Positions 1 through 5,970 are shown, counted from the stretch's first letter. The stretch: 6,191 bases of DNA from an uncultured Gammaproteobacteria bacterium (GCA_964522265.1 CAZFVS010000063.1:1-6191), one strand, 5' to 3'. Notes: a model not told the origin generated them from the sequence alone. Program-made: numbers and translations.

Positions 1-49
1 ATCTGGCCCATATATTAAAAGACATTTAATTTACCTTAGTGGGGTAATG

Positions 50-883
50 TCAGATGAATGAAGCAAGAGGCTCCCTAGTACTTCTTCTTTTGGGAGGCTC
101 GAGAGGTGGCAGCTTGTTAATTTCTTCCTCCAGGCCATAAATCATCCTAAGCCTGATGATTTCAGGGTCATCTGTTTCAAAACTGGGGTTTCTTGAAACC
201 ATTGCCAGTCTATTTCTGTCGATTTTATTATACATAAACACCACTCTGTTTTCTGTCAGATTTAATAAATCAAGCGCCCATTTCCTTTTTCCCAATTCAG
301 CAAGCGCTCTTGATTTTGCCACCAGTATTTCAGGAGTATCCATTACCAGCATGACATCTACGGGGATAGTCAACCCGTGCTTATTGTAAAACTCAAGAAA
401 ATAATCTATTTTATCTTCTGCCTCCGCCAATAAATTATCAATATATTCCTTGAGAGCCTCTGTTCCTTTCAGAAAAGCTTCTGTCAATCTAATACTCTTT
501 TCTGTCTCTTCACCTGTCAGCAATATCCGGAGTTTTGCCGGCTGGCTGATGCTTCTTTCATACGCCCTGAGACCCGCTGGGAACAGATGCTCCTTTTTGA
601 CCTGCAAAACTTCTGCTATACTCTTTGCTACCTCCGGAGTTGGAAACCCGCGCATTGTTTCAATATAATTTATTGCCCTGCTTGGTACATGTGCTGCTTC
701 AGCAAGCCCCCTTTGGGTTAATTTATTTGCAACATGATCTCCTTTCCTGGCGATAATCATTGCCCCGTTTGTGCGCCTGTATTCAAAAGTAACTGTTCTT
801 TCCGTAAAATGTTTCGCTCTAAGTTGTGAGAGCTGATCTATTGAGAAGGATGTTTGGGGTTCTAAATATTCTTTTAGTGCCAT
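50..883 (-). CDS. XRE/Cro-C1-type helix-turn-helix DNA-binding protein with an unrecognised ~170-aa C-terminal domain (putative transcriptional regulator)
   Basis: 277-codon ORF with ATG at 883 and TGA at 50-52. Residues ~50-101 (VANKLTQRGLAEAAHVPSRAINYIETMRGFPTPEVAKSIAEVLQVKKEHLF, nt ~581-736) follow the HTH_3/XRE pattern: LTQ-x-LA, V-S-x-x-I-x-x-E, P-x-x-x-x-x-x-IA-x-x-L-x-V, LF. The C-terminal half has no motif I can name (no HExxH, no P-loop). A near-consensus promoter lies immediately upstream. Confidence 0.8.
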   Translation of the reverse strand: MALKEYLEPQTSFSIDQLSQLRAKHFTERTVTFEYRRTNGAMIIARKGDHVANKLTQRGLAEAAHVPSRAINYIETMRGFPTPEVAKSIAEVLQVKKEHLFPAGLRAYERSISQPAKLRILLTGEETEKSIRLTEAFLKGTEALKEYIDNLLAEAEDKIDYFLEFYNKHGLTIPVDVMLVMDTPEILVAKSRALAELGKRKWALDLLNLTENRVVFMYNKIDRNRLAMVSRNPSFETDDPEIIRLRMIYGLEEEINKLPPLEPPKRRSTREPLASFI

Positions 884-889
884 AAAGTT

Positions 890-914
890 AAGGGTAATAT
901 ACCATACAACCCTT
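890..914. promoter_or_regulatory. Inverted repeat AAGGGT-N13-ACCCTT bracketing the -10 box of the HTH-gene promoter (candidate operator)
   Basis: AAGGGT (890-895) and ACCCTT (909-914) are perfect reverse complements. The 13-nt spacer contains the -10 hexamer (896-901). Only 6-bp arms, so this could be chance. Confidence 0.3.
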
Positions 915-923
915 GTTTGTCAA
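896..923 (-). promoter_or_regulatory. Sigma70-type promoter for the 277-aa HTH gene
   Basis: Read on the minus strand: TTGACA (923->918), a 16-nt spacer, then TATATT (901->896). Only 12 nt separate the -10 box from ATG 883, and no Shine-Dalgarno is present. This predicts a 5-7 nt leader, i.e. a leaderless-type mRNA. Confidence 0.55.
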
Positions 924-931
924 CTGCCGTA

Positions 932-960
932 TTGACATTAATTTGGGAAAATGGAATAGT
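932..960 (+). promoter_or_regulatory. Candidate extended -10 promoter for the 781-aa gene
   Basis: TTGACA (932-937), 17-nt spacer, AATAGT (955-960, 4/6 match with A2 and T6 kept), preceded by TGg (952-954) in the extended -10 position. ATG 980 lies 19 nt after the -10 box, with no Shine-Dalgarno. Confidence 0.4.
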
Positions 961-979
961 GGATCTGCAATCATGCTAA

Positions 980-3325
980 ATGGTAGAACGTAAAGCTAAA
1001 CAGGCTGCTGAAGACTTAATAAGAACTCATCAAGATGGTTCAGACCGTAAAAAACATGATAAACAAGCCCAAAACGACATAACTGAGGAGGATCGTCTCC
1101 GCGCTTCACTTGCCCTGGAAGCTCTGTTGCCCCAAAAACCTCAGACTATTAAATCTTTGGATCAGGTACTAGAGATCTATAAAAAAAAGGATGAGTCCAA
1201 TAAAATTGATGCGTTAAAATATGAAATTAAAAGCGATTCTGTCAAGACATTGTATTTGTCAGAAATTTTTACAGGCAACAACACCTCAGATATCCCCTTC
1301 TTAAGAGAGATCATTCAGAGAATTAAAGAGTTTACTCAAGAGTACCAGCCGGATATTGTTGTTGTGTCAGGACTTTTAGAAGGAAACTATAAGTTTAGGG
1401 ATAAGGATAGGCGTTCCACTCTAGTCCTTTCTTTGGACCAACAATTCGCAGCTGCAAATTTAATATTAAAGGAAATGCAGGGGTTAGGATCCGAAATTGT
1501 CTATTCGCTTTCAACAGAAGATAGGGAGATTTGCAGAGATGGGACTATTGAAGCCATGCAGGCACTTCATAATACTGCAAAACCTGTGCTTGATAAGGAT
1601 AAGGGGTTGGTAACCTACTGGCAAATTGATCAGATTAAAAAAAATCCGGCTTGGGATACACACCTAAAATTCCAAACTAATGTAGTTTTTGAATATTGCT
1701 TGCGCTCGGGAAGAAGATTGAGATCAGCAGAAGAAATCGGAAAAATCACAAAAGGCAAAATAATTATGGAAGAGTACCTCATGTTATATGATTTTTTCAA
1801 TAAATTAGCCAAATCAGAAAAGATACCTGAAGAATACAAGGAAGTCTTGGAAATAGACAATATTCCCCTCACAGATAAAAAATTTAGCACTTTTGAGTTA
1901 GTTGATGATATGGATTTAATTGTAAATGCAAATGGCAAAAATTTTACCCAAAAAATTAAACATAACCTTAAATTTGGCACCAAACCGTTAACCCGCAACC
2001 CGACTGATGTAGCTGAAGCGATTATCAAACAACAAAGCTCAGAGGGGATTAAACCACCTAATGCGCTGGTAACTTTAAACCAGCATCAGGCATTGGGTAT
2101 AGGTGATGCGGAAAACACCTGGAGTATATCAGCAGGAAGCTTTTTAAATACCAGTAAGACACTTGATCAAAAAGGCAGTATTGCCTCAGCCGGCCGTGCG
2201 CCTTCATGGAGGAATCTCACTACCAGAAAAATCTTAAGCTACCCAACTGCCACAATGCATGAGTTTACAGATGATGGCAGGCATAGAATAACTTTCTACA
2301 ATAAAAAGCTGCTGGAAAAAGCAGACAGCGCTGATAGAACCACTATTTTAACGATCACTGATTGGCAGACAGGTTCAATGTCGGCAAGGCCTGACTTGCA
2401 GGTAAAACTTTTAGATTTGGCTATCTCTGAGATTCTTACCAGTAGGCCGATGTGGATACTTAGTACCGGAGATATTTTTCATGGACAAAATTATCCAGGA
2501 TTATCTATGGAGAATTTCCGTATTGGGCTCATCAGAATTGAAGACCAGCAAAGATTTGTGGAAAACCTGCTTGAGATGGCTACTGAGCATATATCTGCAG
2601 GAAATTTATCAAACATAGTAGGTGTCAGTATTGTCCCCGGGAATCATGAATGGAACTCCTTTTATACAAAAACAGGGGCAATCTTTAACCGTTCGTTGGT
2701 GAATTTTTTTAGAAACCTTTTAGGCAGGGTTGATCCGACTGCCAGAGGGAAAGTTCGCGCCAGTGAGTTGATAGATACTCCATACGGTGATGTTGTACCG
2801 GCATGGACCTGTCTGGATGAGATAGCAGGTTATGGAGTTTTATCACAACATATGATGCTTGAGAAAGGCGGCAACGGCAGGGGTAAAGTCCCGATATACC
2901 ATGCACAAAAATTTATCGAAGGTGCCGGAGATTTAGCCAGAAAGATTGATGTGTCGTCCTCCGGCCACTGGCATCACAATCAATATGCCGTATTTGGTAA
3001 CAAGCTGCATGTTATAAGCCCTTCTGTCGCCGGATTAACCGGTTACGAACTGACACGGGGTTTGCGGCCAACCCCCGGAGGGATTCTGATTCATTTAGGC
3101 GGAGGTTTACCACCCCAGGTTGAATTTTTAAGCCTGGATACCCTGATAAACCATAAGATTGAGGAGGGGTATTTCTCGGATAAAAATCTCGCCAAAGAGG
3201 GTTTTAGAGATGACAGGCACTTTGATCCCAAAAAACATGGATATTTTCATGAGAAGGGGGCGCTGCAAAAAGCCTTATGGCATATGGCTATGGAGATGAA
3301 TAGGGATATCCACTCGCATCTTTAA
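980..3325 (+). CDS. Tandem calcineurin-like metallophosphoesterase: degenerate N-terminal MPE-like domain plus intact Mre11/SbcD-like C-terminal MPE domain (putative nuclease/phosphodiesterase)
   Basis: 781-codon ORF with ATG at 980 and TAA at 3323-3325. The C-terminal half carries the ordered MPE motifs: ILTITDWQ (D461), STGDIFHG (nt 2468-2482), VPGNHEW (nt 2639-2650), VLSQHMM (H624) and SSGHWHH (nt 2963-2977). The N-terminal half repeats the same pattern with ligands replaced: TLYLSEIFTGN, PDIVVVSGLLEGN, IVYSLSTEDRE and WSISAGSFLN. The first ~85 aa are highly charged. Confidence 0.85.
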   Translation: MVERKAKQAAEDLIRTHQDGSDRKKHDKQAQNDITEEDRLRASLALEALLPQKPQTIKSLDQVLEIYKKKDESNKIDALKYEIKSDSVKTLYLSEIFTGNNTSDIPFLREIIQRIKEFTQEYQPDIVVVSGLLEGNYKFRDKDRRSTLVLSLDQQFAAANLILKEMQGLGSEIVYSLSTEDREICRDGTIEAMQALHNTAKPVLDKDKGLVTYWQIDQIKKNPAWDTHLKFQTNVVFEYCLRSGRRLRSAEEIGKITKGKIIMEEYLMLYDFFNKLAKSEKIPEEYKEVLEIDNIPLTDKKFSTFELVDDMDLIVNANGKNFTQKIKHNLKFGTKPLTRNPTDVAEAIIKQQSSEGIKPPNALVTLNQHQALGIGDAENTWSISAGSFLNTSKTLDQKGSIASAGRAPSWRNLTTRKILSYPTATMHEFTDDGRHRITFYNKKLLEKADSADRTTILTITDWQTGSMSARPDLQVKLLDLAISEILTSRPMWILSTGDIFHGQNYPGLSMENFRIGLIRIEDQQRFVENLLEMATEHISAGNLSNIVGVSIVPGNHEWNSFYTKTGAIFNRSLVNFFRNLLGRVDPTARGKVRASELIDTPYGDVVPAWTCLDEIAGYGVLSQHMMLEKGGNGRGKVPIYHAQKFIEGAGDLARKIDVSSSGHWHHNQYAVFGNKLHVISPSVAGLTGYELTRGLRPTPGGILIHLGGGLPPQVEFLSLDTLINHKIEEGYFSDKNLAKEGFRDDRHFDPKKHGYFHEKGALQKALWHMAMEMNRDIHSHL

Positions 3326-3326
3326 T

Positions 3327-4787
3327 TCACTTGAGAAACTTTACAAACAGTTCCTTGCTGTTTAACGTTGGTACCTCGATGGGTTTTTCTGTTTTCCCTA
3401 TCTTGGGTGCAAATTTGCTCATATCAATGGGTTTGTCCCCTGTGTGCTCTTTGGTGTAGCGCTCCCTTGAGGCTCTGATTGCTTTTTCCCTGTTCTGGGT
3501 TTTAGATTGGGGGAGGGGTAGGGATTGGGCGAAAAAAGGGGTGGAAGTGAGTCCGTTTATGGACATCTTCAAAAGCAACTGATAGTTTCCCAAACTCAAT
3601 AAATCCTCTTCTTTAAACCGCTCCCCAAATTCCCTTGCCATAATCGGGGTATCCTCAGCCCCGATAATAAAGGACATAATAGTACCTGCATTGCCGAAAA
3701 TGGCAGAGCGTACCAACGGGTCAATCTGGGCGGTGTATTGGTTTGCCAGTATCAAATTCAGATGATATTTCCTGGCCTCAGATAGGATTTTGATAAATGA
3801 GGTGGTAGCAAAGTTTTGGAACTCATCAACGTAAAGATAAAAGTCACGTCTTTCGGCTTCAGGCGTGTTAACCCGGTTCATGGCTGCAAGCTGCAGTTTA
3901 GTAATAATCATTGCCCCCAAAAGAGCGCTGTTATCTTCGCCGATTCTTCCCTGGGACAGGTTTAAAATTGCTATTTTACCGCTGTTCATAATATCCTCCA
4001 GGTTAACCGTTGATTTAGGAAAGCCGACAATATTGCGGATGACCTTGGATGATAAAAACTGCCCCACTTTATTCAAAATAGGGGAGATTGATTCTTCCCT
4101 AAGCTTGTCAGGCATTTTTTCGAATTCATTGGTCCAGTAGTTGACTAAAACCGGGTCCTGCAGCTCCGGGACTATTTTCTTCCTGAACTTCTGGTTGGTT
4201 AGGACTTCGGGAACCATCATCAGAGTTGAATTGGGGATCGCAACCAGAGTGAGGATGACATTGCGCAAAATATATTCAAGCCTGGGACCCCATGAATCCC
4301 CGTACAACTTGTAAAAAATAGAAACAATGCCCGAGGCGATCAGCTCTTTTTGGGCGGGGTTTGTCACCTCAAGCGGGTTTAAATGAAAAGGTCTGTCAAT
4401 ATCAGCCGGATTTAAATAAACTATATCGTTAACCCGGTAAGAAGGTATATAATCAAGCAAGACTTCTGACAAGTCACCATGAGGGTCAATTACTGCCAGC
4501 CCCTCATTATTTCTGATATCGTTTATGGCTAAGTTGGCGATTAGCGTAGATTTTCCGGTCCCGGTTTTCCCGATAATATACATATGTTTTCTCCTATCTA
4601 TCTGGTATACCCCAAATATCGAGGATTTATTTTTAAATTCGGTCCTGGCAAAAAAATTGATGCCTCTTTTTTCCTCATCTGATAATTCATAGGCAACCGG
4701 CAGGTTTTCCGGAGGATCGGAGAGAATAGTTTTTGACCATGACAGGTTGGGGATCGTTGAGAGTGTTTTGGAAGGGAAGTGGTACAT
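3327..4787 (-). CDS. FtsK/HerA/TraD(VirD4)-superfamily P-loop ATPase, C-terminal part of a probably longer gene
   Basis: 486-codon ORF with TGA at 3327-3329. Walker A is GKTGTGKST (nt 4545-4571). It is followed by the AVIDPHGDL motif typical of HerA/VirB4/TraD ATPases. Walker B is FYLYVDEFQNF (D321-E322 at nt 3822-3827). Then come ARKYHLNLILANQ and IFGNAGTIMSF, typical of the TraD/TrwB-like C-terminal region. No transmembrane segment is evident. The reading frame stays open for 45 codons upstream of the first ATG (to 4922) with no ATG/GTG/TTG. Confidence 0.9.
   Translation of the reverse strand: MYHFPSKTLSTIPNLSWSKTILSDPPENLPVAYELSDEEKRGINFFARTEFKNKSSIFGVYQIDRRKHMYIIGKTGTGKSTLIANLAINDIRNNEGLAVIDPHGDLSEVLLDYIPSYRVNDIVYLNPADIDRPFHLNPLEVTNPAQKELIASGIVSIFYKLYGDSWGPRLEYILRNVILTLVAIPNSTLMMVPEVLTNQKFRKKIVPELQDPVLVNYWTNEFEKMPDKLREESISPILNKVGQFLSSKVIRNIVGFPKSTVNLEDIMNSGKIAILNLSQGRIGEDNSALLGAMIITKLQLAAMNRVNTPEAERRDFYLYVDEFQNFATTSFIKILSEARKYHLNLILANQYTAQIDPLVRSAIFGNAGTIMSFIIGAEDTPIMAREFGERFKEEDLLSLGNYQLLLKMSINGLTSTPFFAQSLPLPQSKTQNREKAIRASRERYTKEHTGDKPIDMSKFAPKIGKTEKPIEVPTLNSKELFVKFLK
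3509..3529 (+). other. Canonical G-quadruplex motif (GGGGG-A-GGGG-TA-GGG-ATT-GGG) on the plus strand, which is the template strand of the ATPase gene
   Basis: Four G tracts of at least 3 nt with loops of 1, 2 and 3 nt. A fifth GGGG tract lies at 3538-3541. The opposite strand encodes SLPLPQ of the ATPase C-terminal tail. Confidence 0.5.
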
Positions 4788-4846
4788 AGTGGCAATCTCC
4801 AGGACATTTAATATCTGGTTTTTGGACAGGTAATCCGTATTTCTTT

Positions 4847-5581
4847 CTAAAATCGCCCTGAGGAATTTTTTGCGTTGCCAAAAAAAAGGCCTACCAGCGA
4901 CAAACTGTTTCCCGTCACATCGTTACAACTGATGAAGGTCGCAGCGATCAGCTCAATTAAAGTGCTGTTGCGTCCTCTGGTAAGGATTCTGATAGCCACT
5001 TTAAAGCCGGGATACGATACCTTATCCGAGATCTGTTTGGAGTAGGTGCTGATCATGAACGGGTCAGCCGGTGTCAAGGCACCTTCCTCTTTGGCTCCTT
5101 TCTGCTCCATCATGCGTTGGCCTTTTGCCTGCCATTTAGGGCTTGTTGGGACCAGTAAAAACTGGACCAGAGCAACATCGTCTTTACTGAGCCTGGTTAA
5201 CATTCCCACCAGAGAAGAAAGCGGGTCCACATCCTTAAAATCTCTAAAACTCTTCAGAGGGTATAAAAAATTGTGCTGCAGCTTAACCTGTCCTGTTTGG
5301 ATATCTGACTGGTCTGCAGAAAGGTTGGTAAAAGGGTTATCTTTTATCTCAGTGACCAGCGCTTTGGGGTATTGGGATAGAAGCTGACTTTCAATATAGC
5401 TTTGGTAGCCGGGCGGAGCCACTAAATAGAAATGTATTGTTGAATCAAAAGCAGCTATCTCAAGACTGATTGGGGTATCATTTTTCAGGCTTGAGAAGGA
5501 TGCTAAAAACTGCATCATAGCTTCTGGTGTTTCTTCTCCTGTACGTGGTGTTTTGATTTCAAGAGTAACTTTTTGGTCCAT
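4847..5581 (-). CDS. Unknown-function domain protein, likely the N-terminal part of the downstream ATPase gene
   Basis: 244-codon ORF with ATG at 5581 and TAG at 4847-4849. There are no catalytic motifs and no obvious TM helices. It starts MDQKVTLEIKTPRTGEETPEAMMQFLASFSSL. From memory, this style of N-terminus occurs fused to TraD-like ATPases in uncultivated (Patescibacteria/CPR-type) genomes; I have not verified this. Confidence 0.75.
   Translation of the reverse strand: MDQKVTLEIKTPRTGEETPEAMMQFLASFSSLKNDTPISLEIAAFDSTIHFYLVAPPGYQSYIESQLLSQYPKALVTEIKDNPFTNLSADQSDIQTGQVKLQHNFLYPLKSFRDFKDVDPLSSLVGMLTRLSKDDVALVQFLLVPTSPKWQAKGQRMMEQKGAKEEGALTPADPFMISTYSKQISDKVSYPGFKVAIRILTRGRNSTLIELIAATFISCNDVTGNSLSLVGLFFGNAKNSSGRF
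4880..4887 (-). repeat. T8 homopolymer on the coding strand (A8 on plus), giving an in-phase U_UUU_UUU slippery heptamer at the frame junction
   Basis: Zero-frame codons read GGC CTT TTT TTT GGC. The heptamer T TTT TTT (4880-4886) is in X_XXY_YYZ phase. A -1 slip continues TGG CAA CGC AAA AAA TTC..., which is the ATPase frame. A second run (A6 on the coding strand, 4866-4871) also lies in the overlap. Confidence 0.8.
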
Positions 5582-5628
5582 AGGGCAATTATCTATATTT
5601 TAACATTTATATTGGAAAAGAGGAAATT

Positions 5629-5970
5629 TCAGGAGAAAAGTTTTCTCAAAGCTTTTTTTAATTTGATAAATTTATTTTCCTTGGAAGAATAATATGCTTC
5701 ATAATCAAATACCTCGCTCGTAGAAGCTTGATTCCAGGATATGCCGTAGGCTTTGAGGATTGGATCTTTCCCTATTCCATCGCCGTGTATTGTCAGCACC
5801 CTGATGCCATTAACAAATCCAACCACCAGATCATCCTCTGCTTTATACAGATCAGGGTTTAGAATCAGTTCATCAAAATGTTGCCTGCGATAAAACAACG
5901 CATTTGTGAGTCTATTGGGAGTTAGGTGGACAGCAAATCCTATCAACCGATCTTTTTCCAAAATAGCCAT
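5629..5970 (-). CDS. Hypothetical 113-aa protein, first gene of the minus-strand unit
   Basis: ORF with ATG at 5970 and TGA at 5629-5631, same orientation as the two downstream ORFs and 47 nt upstream of the next one. A near-consensus promoter lies directly upstream. I recognise no motif in the sequence (MAILEKDRLIGFAVHL...LTIHGDGIGKDP...). Confidence 0.65.
   Translation of the reverse strand: MAILEKDRLIGFAVHLTPNRLTNALFYRRQHFDELILNPDLYKAEDDLVVGFVNGIRVLTIHGDGIGKDPILKAYGISWNQASTSEVFDYEAYYSSKENKFIKLKKALRKLFS

Larger units (their letters stand above)
3327..5581 (-). pseudogene. Probable single ~750-aa gene (unknown N-terminal domain + TraD/HerA-like ATPase) interrupted by a -1 frame change. It may be a pseudogene, a phase-variable gene, a recoded gene or a homopolymer assembly error.
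   Basis: The upstream ORF frame ends at TAG 4847-4849. The ATPase frame is open from 4922, giving a 73-nt overlap (4850-4922) that contains T8 and A6 runs on the coding strand. Shifting -1 at the T8 run gives a continuous product: ...NSLSLVGLFF|WQRKKFLRAILERNTDYLSKNQILNVLEIATMYHFPSK... The first Met of the ATPase ORF sits inside what reads as a conserved-looking segment (LEIATMYHFP), not at a domain boundary. Confidence 0.55.

Noticed and set aside
156-668. Plus-strand ORFs 156..389 (77 aa) and 450..668 (72 aa)
   Set aside because: They lie entirely antisense within the 277-aa HTH ORF. They are low-complexity and Ser/Leu/Phe-rich, as shadow frames typically are. They have no promoter, no SD and no recognisable motif.
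1630-2906. Minus-strand ORFs 1630..2028 (132 aa) and 2709..2906 (65 aa)
   Set aside because: Antisense shadows inside the 781-aa ORF, which has clear ordered enzyme motifs. The shadow ORFs have no motifs and an implausible composition.
3345-3363. AAACAG-TTCCTTG-CTGTTT hairpin as an intrinsic terminator of the 781-aa gene
   Set aside because: The stem is 6 bp with only two G-C pairs and has no proper downstream U tract, so it is too weak to call.
3865-4140. Plus-strand ORF 3865..4140 (91 aa)
   Set aside because: Antisense to the ATPase core between Walker A and Walker B, so it is a shadow ORF.
4598-4881. Minus-strand ORFs 4598..4807 (69 aa) and 4687..4881 (64 aa, TTG start)
   Set aside because: These are alternative frames overlapping the ATPase N-terminus and the frame junction. 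Their products are Pro/Cys/Lys-rich nonsense. The third frame (4687..4881) does not connect the two real ORFs.
5046-5387. Plus-strand ORF 5046..5387 (113 aa)
   Set aside because: Antisense shadow inside the 244-aa ORF.
3327-5581. Annotating the ATPase unit as a conjugative type IV secretion coupling protein (VirD4/TraD) locus
   Set aside because: Only the P-loop domain family matches. There is no N-terminal transmembrane anchor, and no relaxase, VirB4, pilin or other T4SS gene in the window. The safer call is the FtsK/HerA/TraD superfamily.
50-5631. Alternative genetic code (UGA recoded, as in some candidate phyla)
   Set aside because: Three ORFs (stops at 50-52, 3327-3329 and 5629-5631) end with TGA at positions matching natural protein ends and gene boundaries. 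No long ORF requires read-through of TGA, so the standard code 11 fits.
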